Shown here: positions 21,375 through 28,973 of the stretch, one piece after another
How the letters are laid out: every line of letters starts with the position of its first letter
Position numbering within the stretch: position 1 is the stretch's first letter
IMG/VR virus record: IMGVR_UViG_3300025098_000019
Span: 32,001 to 96,000 of that record
Strand: one strand, 5' to 3'
DNA from: a virus
Length of the DNA stretch: 64,000 nt
The notes under the pieces: generated by a model
What the model saw: the letters and a program-made list of their open reading frames with translations, nothing else
Database searches by the model: none
What the model was told of the DNA's origin: nothing
Position numbers and translations under genes: made by a program

Positions 21375-22267
21375 TAAATAAACCCTTGTCCGCTATTAAT
21401 ATAATTTCCATTTACAAAACTGTTTAAATTAAATTCTGATACTCGTCTTCGTGAATAAGTAGGTTTCAGCGTTACTGAAATTTGACTCGACGTAGGCACC
21501 CATGTTGTACCAGCATTACTATTTTCGTCTCCTTGAACAACAGGAGTAAGTAAAGGAGTTGCAATGTAATCTACGTCAGCTGGTAAATCAACTGTAAAGT
21601 TTGCTACTACGCAAGGTACTTTGTTAAACACATAATCACCGTATCCGCTTAATTTTACTAGTGGAGGCGGAGCACCTGAGTTATCACCTTGTCCATAAAA
21701 CATTTTAGTAACACTTCTTAAGTAATGTACACATGCAACCCAATACTGGCCTTCTTCAGCAGTTTCAATATTAAATTCGCCTGTAATTACTATATCATCC
21801 GATACACTGTTATCATATATTTGGAATGGATAATTTGTATGTACTGGTTGTAAACTATTATAATTAGCACTATGGCTAACAATAATTGTTGGTGTGTAAG
21901 GAAAACAAAATCCGCCTGTTTTTGTCAAAGGTGCAATAAGTCCTGCACCTGATAGTGATGGCGGAATACTAAGTTTTACCCTCCAATCAGTATCTTTAGT
22001 TGCTTTACTAAATGATGCTGATGCTTCGCTTTTAACTTGGCCAGTATCTGGCTTAGGTAAATTTGCTCCTCTTGACTCTTTTGCAAAACCAAAGGAACTA
22101 AACAATTCGTTTGCAACGTCATTGATTGCAGAGTCAATAGCACCTATGCCCGTTTTTAAGTTATTACCTACAAAATTCTTCACAGATGCTTCTGCTTCAT
22201 TTGCAAAGTTACCAGCTGTATTTTTTATAATATTTCTACCGATGGATTTTGGGTCAAAAAGTGCCAT
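21374..22267 (-). CDS. Baseplate/tail-tube junction protein (gp48/gp54-like tube initiator)
   Basis: Contains FPYTPTI...ANY, HYLRSVTKMFYG...GAPPPLVKLSGYGDYVFNKVPCVVANFTVDLPADVDY and lies upstream of gp53. Start moved to the ATG at 22267 because AGGAGA sits 7 nt upstream of it. Confidence 0.6.
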   Translation of the reverse strand: MALFDPKSIGRNIIKNTAGNFANEAEASVKNFVGNNLKTGIGAIDSAINDVANELFSSFGFAKESRGANLPKPDTGQVKSEASASFSKATKDTDWRVKLSIPPSLSGAGLIAPLTKTGGFCFPYTPTIIVSHSANYNSLQPVHTNYPFQIYDNSVSDDIVITGEFNIETAEEGQYWVACVHYLRSVTKMFYGQGDNSGAPPPLVKLSGYGDYVFNKVPCVVANFTVDLPADVDYIATPLLTPVVQGDENSNAGTTWVPTSSQISVTLKPTYSRRRVSEFNLNSFVNGNYINSGQGFI

Positions 22268-22288
22268 AATCATATCTCCTATTATACT

Positions 22289-22294
22289 TATTTA
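22289..22294 (-). promoter_or_regulatory. Late promoter (TAAATA) for the baseplate operon
   Basis: TAAATA on the minus strand just upstream of the AGGAGA RBS of 21374..22267. The same motif precedes most structural genes. Confidence 0.65.
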
Positions 22295-22295
22295 G

Positions 22296-22324
22296 TTGAC
22301 ATAATTAAGTATGTAGTTTATAAT
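22296..22324 (+). promoter_or_regulatory. Consensus sigma70 promoter
   Basis: TTGACA (22296-22301), 17-nt spacer, TATAAT (22319-22324): a perfect consensus, upstream of the gp55-like gene. Confidence 0.9.
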
Positions 22325-22351
22325 ATGTTTATACTAACTGGAGATATTCAA

Positions 22352-23203
22352 TTGAGAAAACGAAATTACCTAAATAACAAAGATATTCTATCTGAAATAC
22401 ACAAATCAAAGAGCACATACTGTAGCTTTATTGAACCTGAACATGCACAGTTTGACATCATTTTACTAGATGTTGACAAAATAAACATAAGAACTATAGC
22501 CGAAGCAAAGCGAAACAAAGCAAAACGTCTTAGTACTGCGGATTACGAAGCAAGAAGAATGGCTGGAGAAAAAGTTAAGCAAGCAGAATGCGAAGTTGAC
22601 TATAGAAAAATTACTAAAGAAGAGCTAATTTTCCGTGTTATGACGTTTGATCATATCCCAGAAGAGCCAGGAAGAAAAAAGAACCCAAAGACCATTGCTG
22701 ACACAAAAGTAAAGCTAAACTTTCCACCATTCCACCATTACAAGTTTGACGAAGACGGAGTCTTGCAATTAGTAGGAAAAAGTCACTGGGAAGGCGGCAT
22801 GCAAAACGGTGCTTTCAATCATAAACACGGAAAAGCAACAAATACACTTGCTACTATGTGGTTAAAGTTAGTTGACAGATATGCTACCCGAGGCAATGTA
22901 CGTGGTTACACATACAATGACGAAATGAAAGGTCAAGCAATACTCCAGTTAGCACAGATTGGCTTACAGTTTGACGAATCAAAGTCAAACAATCCATTTG
23001 CATATTACACAGCAGCCGTTACTAACAGTTTTGTACGTGTTATTAACATTGAAAAACGTAATCAAAACATTAGAGACGACATTCTTGAGATGAACGATCT
23101 TAATCCTAGTTACACTCGACAACACCAAGGTGAATGGGAAGCTTCTGTTAAAAGAAACGAAGAAGCAGGATTTTCTATACACAAAGACACAAAAACCGGT
23201 TGA
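22352..23203 (+). CDS. Late-transcription sigma factor, T4 gp55-like
   Basis: NYLNNKDIL at the N-terminus and RGYTYNDEMKGQAI...FDESKSNNPFAYYT...NSFVRVINIEK match gp55. It sits upstream of gp47/gp46 as in T4-like phages. Start taken as TTG at 22352 after GGAG, because the track's ATG at 22325 abuts the -10 box. Confidence 0.85.
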   Translation: MRKRNYLNNKDILSEIHKSKSTYCSFIEPEHAQFDIILLDVDKINIRTIAEAKRNKAKRLSTADYEARRMAGEKVKQAECEVDYRKITKEELIFRVMTFDHIPEEPGRKKNPKTIADTKVKLNFPPFHHYKFDEDGVLQLVGKSHWEGGMQNGAFNHKHGKATNTLATMWLKLVDRYATRGNVRGYTYNDEMKGQAILQLAQIGLQFDESKSNNPFAYYTAAVTNSFVRVINIEKRNQNIRDDILEMNDLNPSYTRQHQGEWEASVKRNEEAGFSIHKDTKTG

Positions 23204-23228
23204 CTTTTATAGTATTTGACCTTATAAT
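23200..23228 (+). promoter_or_regulatory. sigma70 promoter
   Basis: TTGACT (23200-23205), 17 nt, TATAAT (23223-23228), upstream of the gp47-like gene. Confidence 0.85.
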
Positions 23229-23256
23229 TAATAAGAGTGAATAGAGGAATCTAAAT

Positions 23257-24276
23257 TTGTTTAAGAAAGCAGCAGTTTTTACTGACATACATTTTGGCCT
23301 AAAAGGCAACAGTCGCATACATAATGATGATTGCGAAGAATTTGTAGATTGGTATATCGAAAAAGCCAAAGAACACGGATGCGAAACAGGAATATTCTGT
23401 GGCGACTGGCACCATAACAGAAACAGCCTTAACCTTACAACTATGGATGCAACTATTCGTAGTTTAGAAAAACTTGGTAAGGCATTTGATAAATTTTATA
23501 TGTTTGTGGGTAATCACGACTTGTACTATAAAGACAAGCGCAATGTTAGTTCAACTATATTTGGAAAACACATTGAAGGTATTACATTTATAGATGAAAT
23601 TTATCAAGAAGATGATGTGGCTCTTGTACCGTGGCTAGTAGGCGACGAGTGGAAGAAGATTGAAAAAATTAAGTCCAAGTATATGTTTGGGCATTTTGAA
23701 TTACCAAGTTTTTATATGAATGCTTTGGTTAGAATGCCTGATCACGGTGACTTACGCCCTCAACACTTTAAACATCAAGAGTACGTGTTTAGTGGACATT
23801 TCCACAAACGTCAAGTACAAGGTAAAATACATTATATCGGAAATGCTTTTCCTCACAACTATGCAGATGTAGGTGATGACGAACGTGGCATGATGATCCT
23901 CGATCGTGAGAATAATAAAGAGCCTGAATACATTAATTGGTGGAACTGTCCTAAGTATAGAACAATTAAACTTTCAAAATTAATTGACGATGCAGATGCT
24001 TTTATTAAACCTAAAATGTATCTAAGAGTTGAACTAGACTTACCTATTAGTTATGAAGAATCTAGTTTCATTAAAGAGACATTTATTAAACAATATAACT
24101 GTCGTGAAATTACACTAATTCCACAAAAACAAATTGAAGAAATTACTACTGATTTAGATATTAGTACGTTTGAATCAGTTGACCAAATTGTAGCAAGTGA
24201 AATAACAGAACTTGATACAGAAAATTACGATAAATCGATGTTACTAGACATCTATCATGGATTAGAGAGTTATTAA
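23257..24276 (+). CDS. Recombination endonuclease subunit, gp47-like (Mre11/SbcD family)
   Basis: Metallophosphoesterase motifs DIHFG, GDWHH, GNHD, GHFE and SGHFH. Confidence 0.93.
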   Translation: MFKKAAVFTDIHFGLKGNSRIHNDDCEEFVDWYIEKAKEHGCETGIFCGDWHHNRNSLNLTTMDATIRSLEKLGKAFDKFYMFVGNHDLYYKDKRNVSSTIFGKHIEGITFIDEIYQEDDVALVPWLVGDEWKKIEKIKSKYMFGHFELPSFYMNALVRMPDHGDLRPQHFKHQEYVFSGHFHKRQVQGKIHYIGNAFPHNYADVGDDERGMMILDRENNKEPEYINWWNCPKYRTIKLSKLIDDADAFIKPKMYLRVELDLPISYEESSFIKETFIKQYNCREITLIPQKQIEEITTDLDISTFESVDQIVASEITELDTENYDKSMLLDIYHGLESY

Positions 24277-26049
24277 ATGATTCGCATTAAAGACCTAACT
24301 GTTAAAAACTTTATGAGTGTGGGTAATCAAACACAGGCTGTAGATTTTAACAAAGACAACTTAACGTTAGTACTTGGTGAAAATTTAGATCAAGGTGGGG
24401 ACGACAGTGGCTCACGTAATGGTACTGGTAAAACTACAATCATTAATGCACTAAGTTATGCATTATACGGTACTGCACTTACTAATATCAAACGAAACAA
24501 CTTGATTAATAAAACTAACAGCAAAGGAATGTTAGTTACACTACACTTTGAAAAGAACAACGTAGACTACAGGATTGAGCGAGGACGCTCTCCTAATATT
24601 TTAAAGTTTTATGTGAACAATCAAGAGCAAGAACAAATTGACGAAAGTCAAGGTGATAGCCGTAAGACACAAGAAGAAATTGATTCCTTGTTAGGAATGT
24701 CGCACACAATGTTTAAAAATATTGTTGCACTAAACACATATTCAGAACCGTTTCTTGCAATGCGTACAAATGATCAACGTGCTATTATTGAACAACTATT
24801 AGGTATTACATTATTGTCTGAAAAGGCAGAAGTACTAAAAGAAGGTACACGTAGAACTAAAGATGCAATTACCGAAGAAACTCTTAAGATTGAAGCAATA
24901 CAAACTGCTAACAGTAAGATCGAAGGCACTATTGACAATCTAAAGAAGAATCAACGTGCATGGGTCGCAAAACAACGATCTGATGTTGAAAAACTTAACA
25001 AAGCTATTGGTGAGTTAGAACAATTAGACATCGATACAGAACTTGAATTGCACGAAAAACTATCAAATTGGACTGAACATAATAATTCTATTTTGGCTCT
25101 TAAAAAGGAATTAAGCACATTAGAGCCGGCACTATTACGTGCTGACAGATCTGTTGAAAAAGCAAAAAAAGATGCCGCTGATTTAGATCAAGGCACATGT
25201 CATTCGTGTGGACAAGATCTTCCTGCTGATAAAAAAGCAGAGATAGAAAAACGCAAACAGTCGGAATTAGAAGATGCTATTTCGTATCAAACAGAGATAC
25301 AAGAAAAGGTTTCTTCTGTTGCTGAAGCACTAACAGAAATTGGTGACATTAACGGCAAACCTACAACATTTTACGATACTGCAAAAGAAGCATATGAACA
25401 TCGAAGCAACGTTGAAAATTTACGCAATGCTTTGATAAGTAAACATGAGGATACAGATCCTTATCAGAGTCAAATTGACGAATTAAACGATAGTGCAATT
25501 CAAGAAGTTAATTGGGAAAGTGTAAATCAATTAACGTCTTACAAAGAGCACCAAGATTTCTTATTGAAACTGCTTACTAACAAGGACAGTTTTATTCGTA
25601 AAAAGATTATTGATCAAAATCTTGCATATCTAAACAACAGGCTTACATACTATCTTGACAAATTAGGCTTACCACATCAAGTACTATTTCAAAATGATCT
25701 AGCTGTTGAAATTACACAGTTAGGACAGGATTTAGATTTTGATAATTTAAGTAGAGGCGAACGTAACAGATTGATTTTAGGACTATCATTTGCATTTAGA
25801 GATGTTTGGGAAAGTTTATATCAAGGTGTTAATTTACTGTTTATTGACGAATTAATTGACAGTGGTATGGATACAGCAGGTGTTGAGAATTCACTAAGTG
25901 TCCTTAAGAAGATGGCTAGGGAACGTGAAAAGAATATCTACTTAATTAGTCACAAAGACGAACTAGTTGGTAGAGTTAATAACGTATTAAAAGTAATAAA
26001 AGAAAACGGTTTCACTAGTTACGAGAACGATGTAGAAGTTGTAGAATGA
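24277..26049 (+). CDS. Recombination ATPase subunit, gp46-like (Rad50/SbcC family)
   Basis: KNFMSVGN, Walker A NGTGKTT, coiled coil with zinc hook CHSCG, signature LSRGE, Walker B LLFIDE, and ISH. Confidence 0.95.
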   Translation: MIRIKDLTVKNFMSVGNQTQAVDFNKDNLTLVLGENLDQGGDDSGSRNGTGKTTIINALSYALYGTALTNIKRNNLINKTNSKGMLVTLHFEKNNVDYRIERGRSPNILKFYVNNQEQEQIDESQGDSRKTQEEIDSLLGMSHTMFKNIVALNTYSEPFLAMRTNDQRAIIEQLLGITLLSEKAEVLKEGTRRTKDAITEETLKIEAIQTANSKIEGTIDNLKKNQRAWVAKQRSDVEKLNKAIGELEQLDIDTELELHEKLSNWTEHNNSILALKKELSTLEPALLRADRSVEKAKKDAADLDQGTCHSCGQDLPADKKAEIEKRKQSELEDAISYQTEIQEKVSSVAEALTEIGDINGKPTTFYDTAKEAYEHRSNVENLRNALISKHEDTDPYQSQIDELNDSAIQEVNWESVNQLTSYKEHQDFLLKLLTNKDSFIRKKIIDQNLAYLNNRLTYYLDKLGLPHQVLFQNDLAVEITQLGQDLDFDNLSRGERNRLILGLSFAFRDVWESLYQGVNLLFIDELIDSGMDTAGVENSLSVLKKMAREREKNIYLISHKDELVGRVNNVLKVIKENGFTSYENDVEVVE

Positions 26050-27029
26050 GTAACGAAAAATTTAATAATGCATGTAATAGAATAGCACAGCCATGTCCGC
26101 CTATATGGATGATGAGACAAGCTGGACGGTATCAAAAAAGTTACATGGAACTAAAAGAAAAATACACGTTTGAACAAATGTGTAAATTGCCGCAACTTGC
26201 TATGCAAACGGCAATGCTACCGATTAACGAGTTTGACTTTGATGCCGCAATATTGTTTAGCGACATACTTTGGCATTTAGAAGGATTAGGATTTCCTGTT
26301 GAATTTGCTCCAGGTCCTAAGTTTACAGAACACTTAACTGAAGAAAACTATTCTAAGTTTACTGATGTTGACTCAGCAATGTTACACCTTGAATTTCAGA
26401 AAAAAGCAATTATTGCTACAAAAGAAAATTTGTCGCAAAAGAAAAGTTTGATTGGCTTTGTAGGTGGTCCTTGGAGTTTACTTAACTATGCGTTAGGAAC
26501 TAATAAAGTTAGTAAAGAGTTTAAAACAATGTATCTTAAAACTGTACTTGTTCCTCTAATAAAAGAAAGTATTAGAGAGCAAAAAAGAGCAGGTGCTGAT
26601 GTTGTAATGATACTCGATAGTGGACTAGACAATGTTAGTAAAAGTTATTACGACACTACATATATAGAATTTCTTAAAGAAATTGCGTTAATTGGTGATG
26701 TAGGTTATTATGTTAGAGGCATACCAGAAGGAAGTCTTTCTAAAATAAAAAAATTAGACTTCGCTGGCATTGGTATTGACAGTTCTCAAGATTTACCTAA
26801 AACATTAAAAACATATTCAAAAGGATTTGTTCAAGGAAACTTTAACGAACAATTTTTATTACTTGAAACAAGATTATTCAAATACGAATTAGATAAGTGG
26901 TTAGACACACTATCAGGTGTAGACACTACAGGATGGATATGCGGATTAGGACACGGTATTACAAAAACTACTCCAACAGATCATATTCATCATTTTGTAA
27001 AAACAGTTAGGAGTCATTTTAGTTCATGA
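26046..27029 (+). CDS. hemE: Uroporphyrinogen decarboxylase (auxiliary metabolic gene)
   Basis: PIWMMRQAGRY, DAAILFSDIL, LIGFVGGPWSLLNY, VQGN and GLGHGI are all URO-D motifs. Confidence 0.93.
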   Translation: MSNEKFNNACNRIAQPCPPIWMMRQAGRYQKSYMELKEKYTFEQMCKLPQLAMQTAMLPINEFDFDAAILFSDILWHLEGLGFPVEFAPGPKFTEHLTEENYSKFTDVDSAMLHLEFQKKAIIATKENLSQKKSLIGFVGGPWSLLNYALGTNKVSKEFKTMYLKTVLVPLIKESIREQKRAGADVVMILDSGLDNVSKSYYDTTYIEFLKEIALIGDVGYYVRGIPEGSLSKIKKLDFAGIGIDSSQDLPKTLKTYSKGFVQGNFNEQFLLLETRLFKYELDKWLDTLSGVDTTGWICGLGHGITKTTPTDHIHHFVKTVRSHFSS

Positions 27030-27766
27030 TTAGAGTCGGTGCAAGAGGAAGTAAATTAGCTCTAGCATATGCTAGGAAAGCATGTGAGCAATTAGATTGC
27101 GAAACTGAAATTATTGAAATTACAACTCCAGGTGACATCGACACCGAAACTCCTATATACGAAATGGGAGGTAAAGGTGTATTTTGTAGTACAATTGAGC
27201 AAGAACTATTAAACGGTAATATTGACGTTGCTGTTCATAGTTTAAAAGATGTTCCTGGCCAAGAAACAGACGGATTAATAATTGCTGCAATGTTGCAACG
27301 AAACAGTCCTCATGATGTTCTTATTGGAAAAGTTAGTTATAATTGCACTATTGGAACTAGCAGTCCTAGACGTACTGCACAATTATTAGATCTTTACAAA
27401 GACTTGAGAATTAATATCAAACCTATTAGAGGAAATATAGATACTAGGTTAGAAAAACTTGACAATGGCGAGTATGATGCTATAATACTAGCAGAAGCTG
27501 GGCTTCAAGCACTTAATATATCAAGACCAACAGTTAAGGTACCAACTATTCCTGCTGTAGGACAAGGTATTATTGCTTTGCAGACTAGACAGGACGACGA
27601 AGAAACAATAAAAATAGTTAAACAGGCAAATCACGATAAAACATTTAAACAGGCAACAATTGAAAGAGCATTTTTAAAAGGCATAGACGGAGACTGTCAT
27701 ACAAAAATAGCAGCTCACGCAACTGGATCAAATCCAATTACACTTAAAGCAATGTATTATGAATGA
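27026..27766 (+). CDS. hemC: Porphobilinogen deaminase / hydroxymethylbilane synthase, C-terminally shortened (auxiliary metabolic gene)
   Basis: GARGSKLAL, GGKGVF, DVAVHSLKDVP, GTSSPRR, IRGNIDTRL, AEAGL, PAVGQG and the cofactor Cys in GDCH. The protein ends at 246 aa. Confidence 0.92.
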   Translation: MIRVGARGSKLALAYARKACEQLDCETEIIEITTPGDIDTETPIYEMGGKGVFCSTIEQELLNGNIDVAVHSLKDVPGQETDGLIIAAMLQRNSPHDVLIGKVSYNCTIGTSSPRRTAQLLDLYKDLRINIKPIRGNIDTRLEKLDNGEYDAIILAEAGLQALNISRPTVKVPTIPAVGQGIIALQTRQDDEETIKIVKQANHDKTFKQATIERAFLKGIDGDCHTKIAAHATGSNPITLKAMYYE

Positions 27767-27971
27767 TGACATACACGACGAATTAGTACAAACGTACTTA
27801 AAATACTTTCGGGCAAATGAAAAATTTGCTAGACGTAATTCTGTTAGACTACATGCCGAGGTGCGAAGACATCTTAGAAATCTAAGAAAATTAGCCAAAA
27901 TAAGAATGGAAGAGATACACATATACCAGGCAGAAAACAAAGTAACCAGAAAAGACATAGATAAAAAATAG
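27759..27971 (+). CDS. Small basic helical protein, possibly nucleic-acid binding (Hc1-like)
   Basis: 70 aa, Arg/Lys-rich and amphipathic (EVRRHLRNLRKLAKIRMEEI). Overlaps the hemC stop. Confidence 0.5.
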   Translation: MNDDIHDELVQTYLKYFRANEKFARRNSVRLHAEVRRHLRNLRKLAKIRMEEIHIYQAENKVTRKDIDKK

Positions 27972-27988
27972 GCACGGTAAGTAAGTTC

Positions 27989-28438
27989 ATGCAGTGGACT
28001 TATGAAGGCAAAATTATAGACAATATACCAGACGAATACGAAGGTTTTGTTTATATCATTACAAACACCACTACAGATCAAAAATACATAGGCAAAAAAC
28101 TAGCAAAGTTTAAAACTACTAAGCCACCACTTAAAGGCAAGAAAAATAAAAGACGCGGTTACAAAGAAAGCGACTGGAGAACATACTACGGTAGTTCTGA
28201 TAGATTAAACGCAGATGTAGCCGAGCTAGGCGAAGACAAGTTTACAAGAGAAATATTATACCTATGTAAAGGTAGGGGCGAAATGTCCTATATAGAGGCA
28301 CGAGAGCAGTTTGACAGGCGAGTACTTGAAACTGATGATTACTATAATGGTATCATTAATGTTAGAGTAGGCGGATCAGACAAACTTAAACAGGCATTGC
28401 TAGAACATCACATCAAGGCAAAACATTCCAACACCTAA
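27989..28438 (+). CDS. Stand-alone GIY-YIG endonuclease (DenA/Seg-like catalytic domain)
   Basis: GFVYIITN...KYIGKK motif, followed by W..YYGSS, F.REIL, a conserved Glu (IEARE) and YYN. Confidence 0.85.
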   Translation: MQWTYEGKIIDNIPDEYEGFVYIITNTTTDQKYIGKKLAKFKTTKPPLKGKKNKRRGYKESDWRTYYGSSDRLNADVAELGEDKFTREILYLCKGRGEMSYIEAREQFDRRVLETDDYYNGIINVRVGGSDKLKQALLEHHIKAKHSNT

Positions 28439-28840
28439 GGTTGGCGGGCCAGATTAGAAATACCGCTGTGGAAAAAGCTCTCGTATAGAAGCACACGTAC
28501 ATATTGATTGACACACCAGAGTGTGGAAGCCACCAAACAAATTGGGCTCACTAGTTGATATAGATTGCATGTTGGCAGTCGAAAAACACAAACACAGTAC
28601 ATAAAAACTCTTTAGCAATAGGAACGAAGCGAGAGGTAGCTGGAAACAGCGATGTCGACGTAGGTTGGGAAAGGTCAGAGCCCATTGTACTTTGTGTATA
28701 AACAATTACCTACTTCCAATGTCTCGGCTGGTGCGACTCACATGAAGCGTATTTTGAGATTAGATGGGACCGTAACAGGTTCCGTCTGACTGAAACAATC
28801 TACATGAAACTTAAACATTATTACTTCGTAATAATGCATT
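28428..28840 (+). ncRNA. Candidate large structured non-coding RNA
   Basis: No credible ORF across ~530 nt of an otherwise gene-dense genome. Many complementary segments, both nested and crossing (listed in the findings), with a GAAA tetraloop and G-U-containing stems. Boundaries are approximate. Confidence 0.6.
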
Positions 28841-28935
28841 CATCTTTATATTCATTTGTATCTATCTGATGTAATTACTTTAAACGAAGTGTTTAGTTTG
28901 AGCGTTAGCGATAACTTGTTTCGTGTAGCGAAACA

Positions 28936-28943
28936 TATAAATA
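28936..28943 (+). promoter_or_regulatory. T4-type late promoter TATAAATA
   Basis: Exact T4 late consensus, upstream of the CDS at 28974. Confidence 0.8.
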
Positions 28944-28973
28944 CAAGTAATAATTTTAAAGGTATACTCACAA

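Noticed and set aside
22325-22351. Track start (ATG 22325) of the gp55-like gene
   Set aside because: It lies immediately after the -10 box and so would probably not be transcribed. The TTG at 22352 has a GGAG RBS and gives the expected N-terminus.
28454-28705. 83-aa minus-strand ORF in the non-coding region
   Set aside because: No RBS, atypical composition, opposite to local transcription. The region is better explained by RNA structure.
28439-28840. Identification as tmRNA, RNase P RNA, tRNA or a group I/II intron
   Set aside because: No tRNA-like ends or T-loop, no convincing RNase P P4 pairing, and no interrupted flanking gene or recognisable intron core by eye. Left unassigned pending a covariance-model search.
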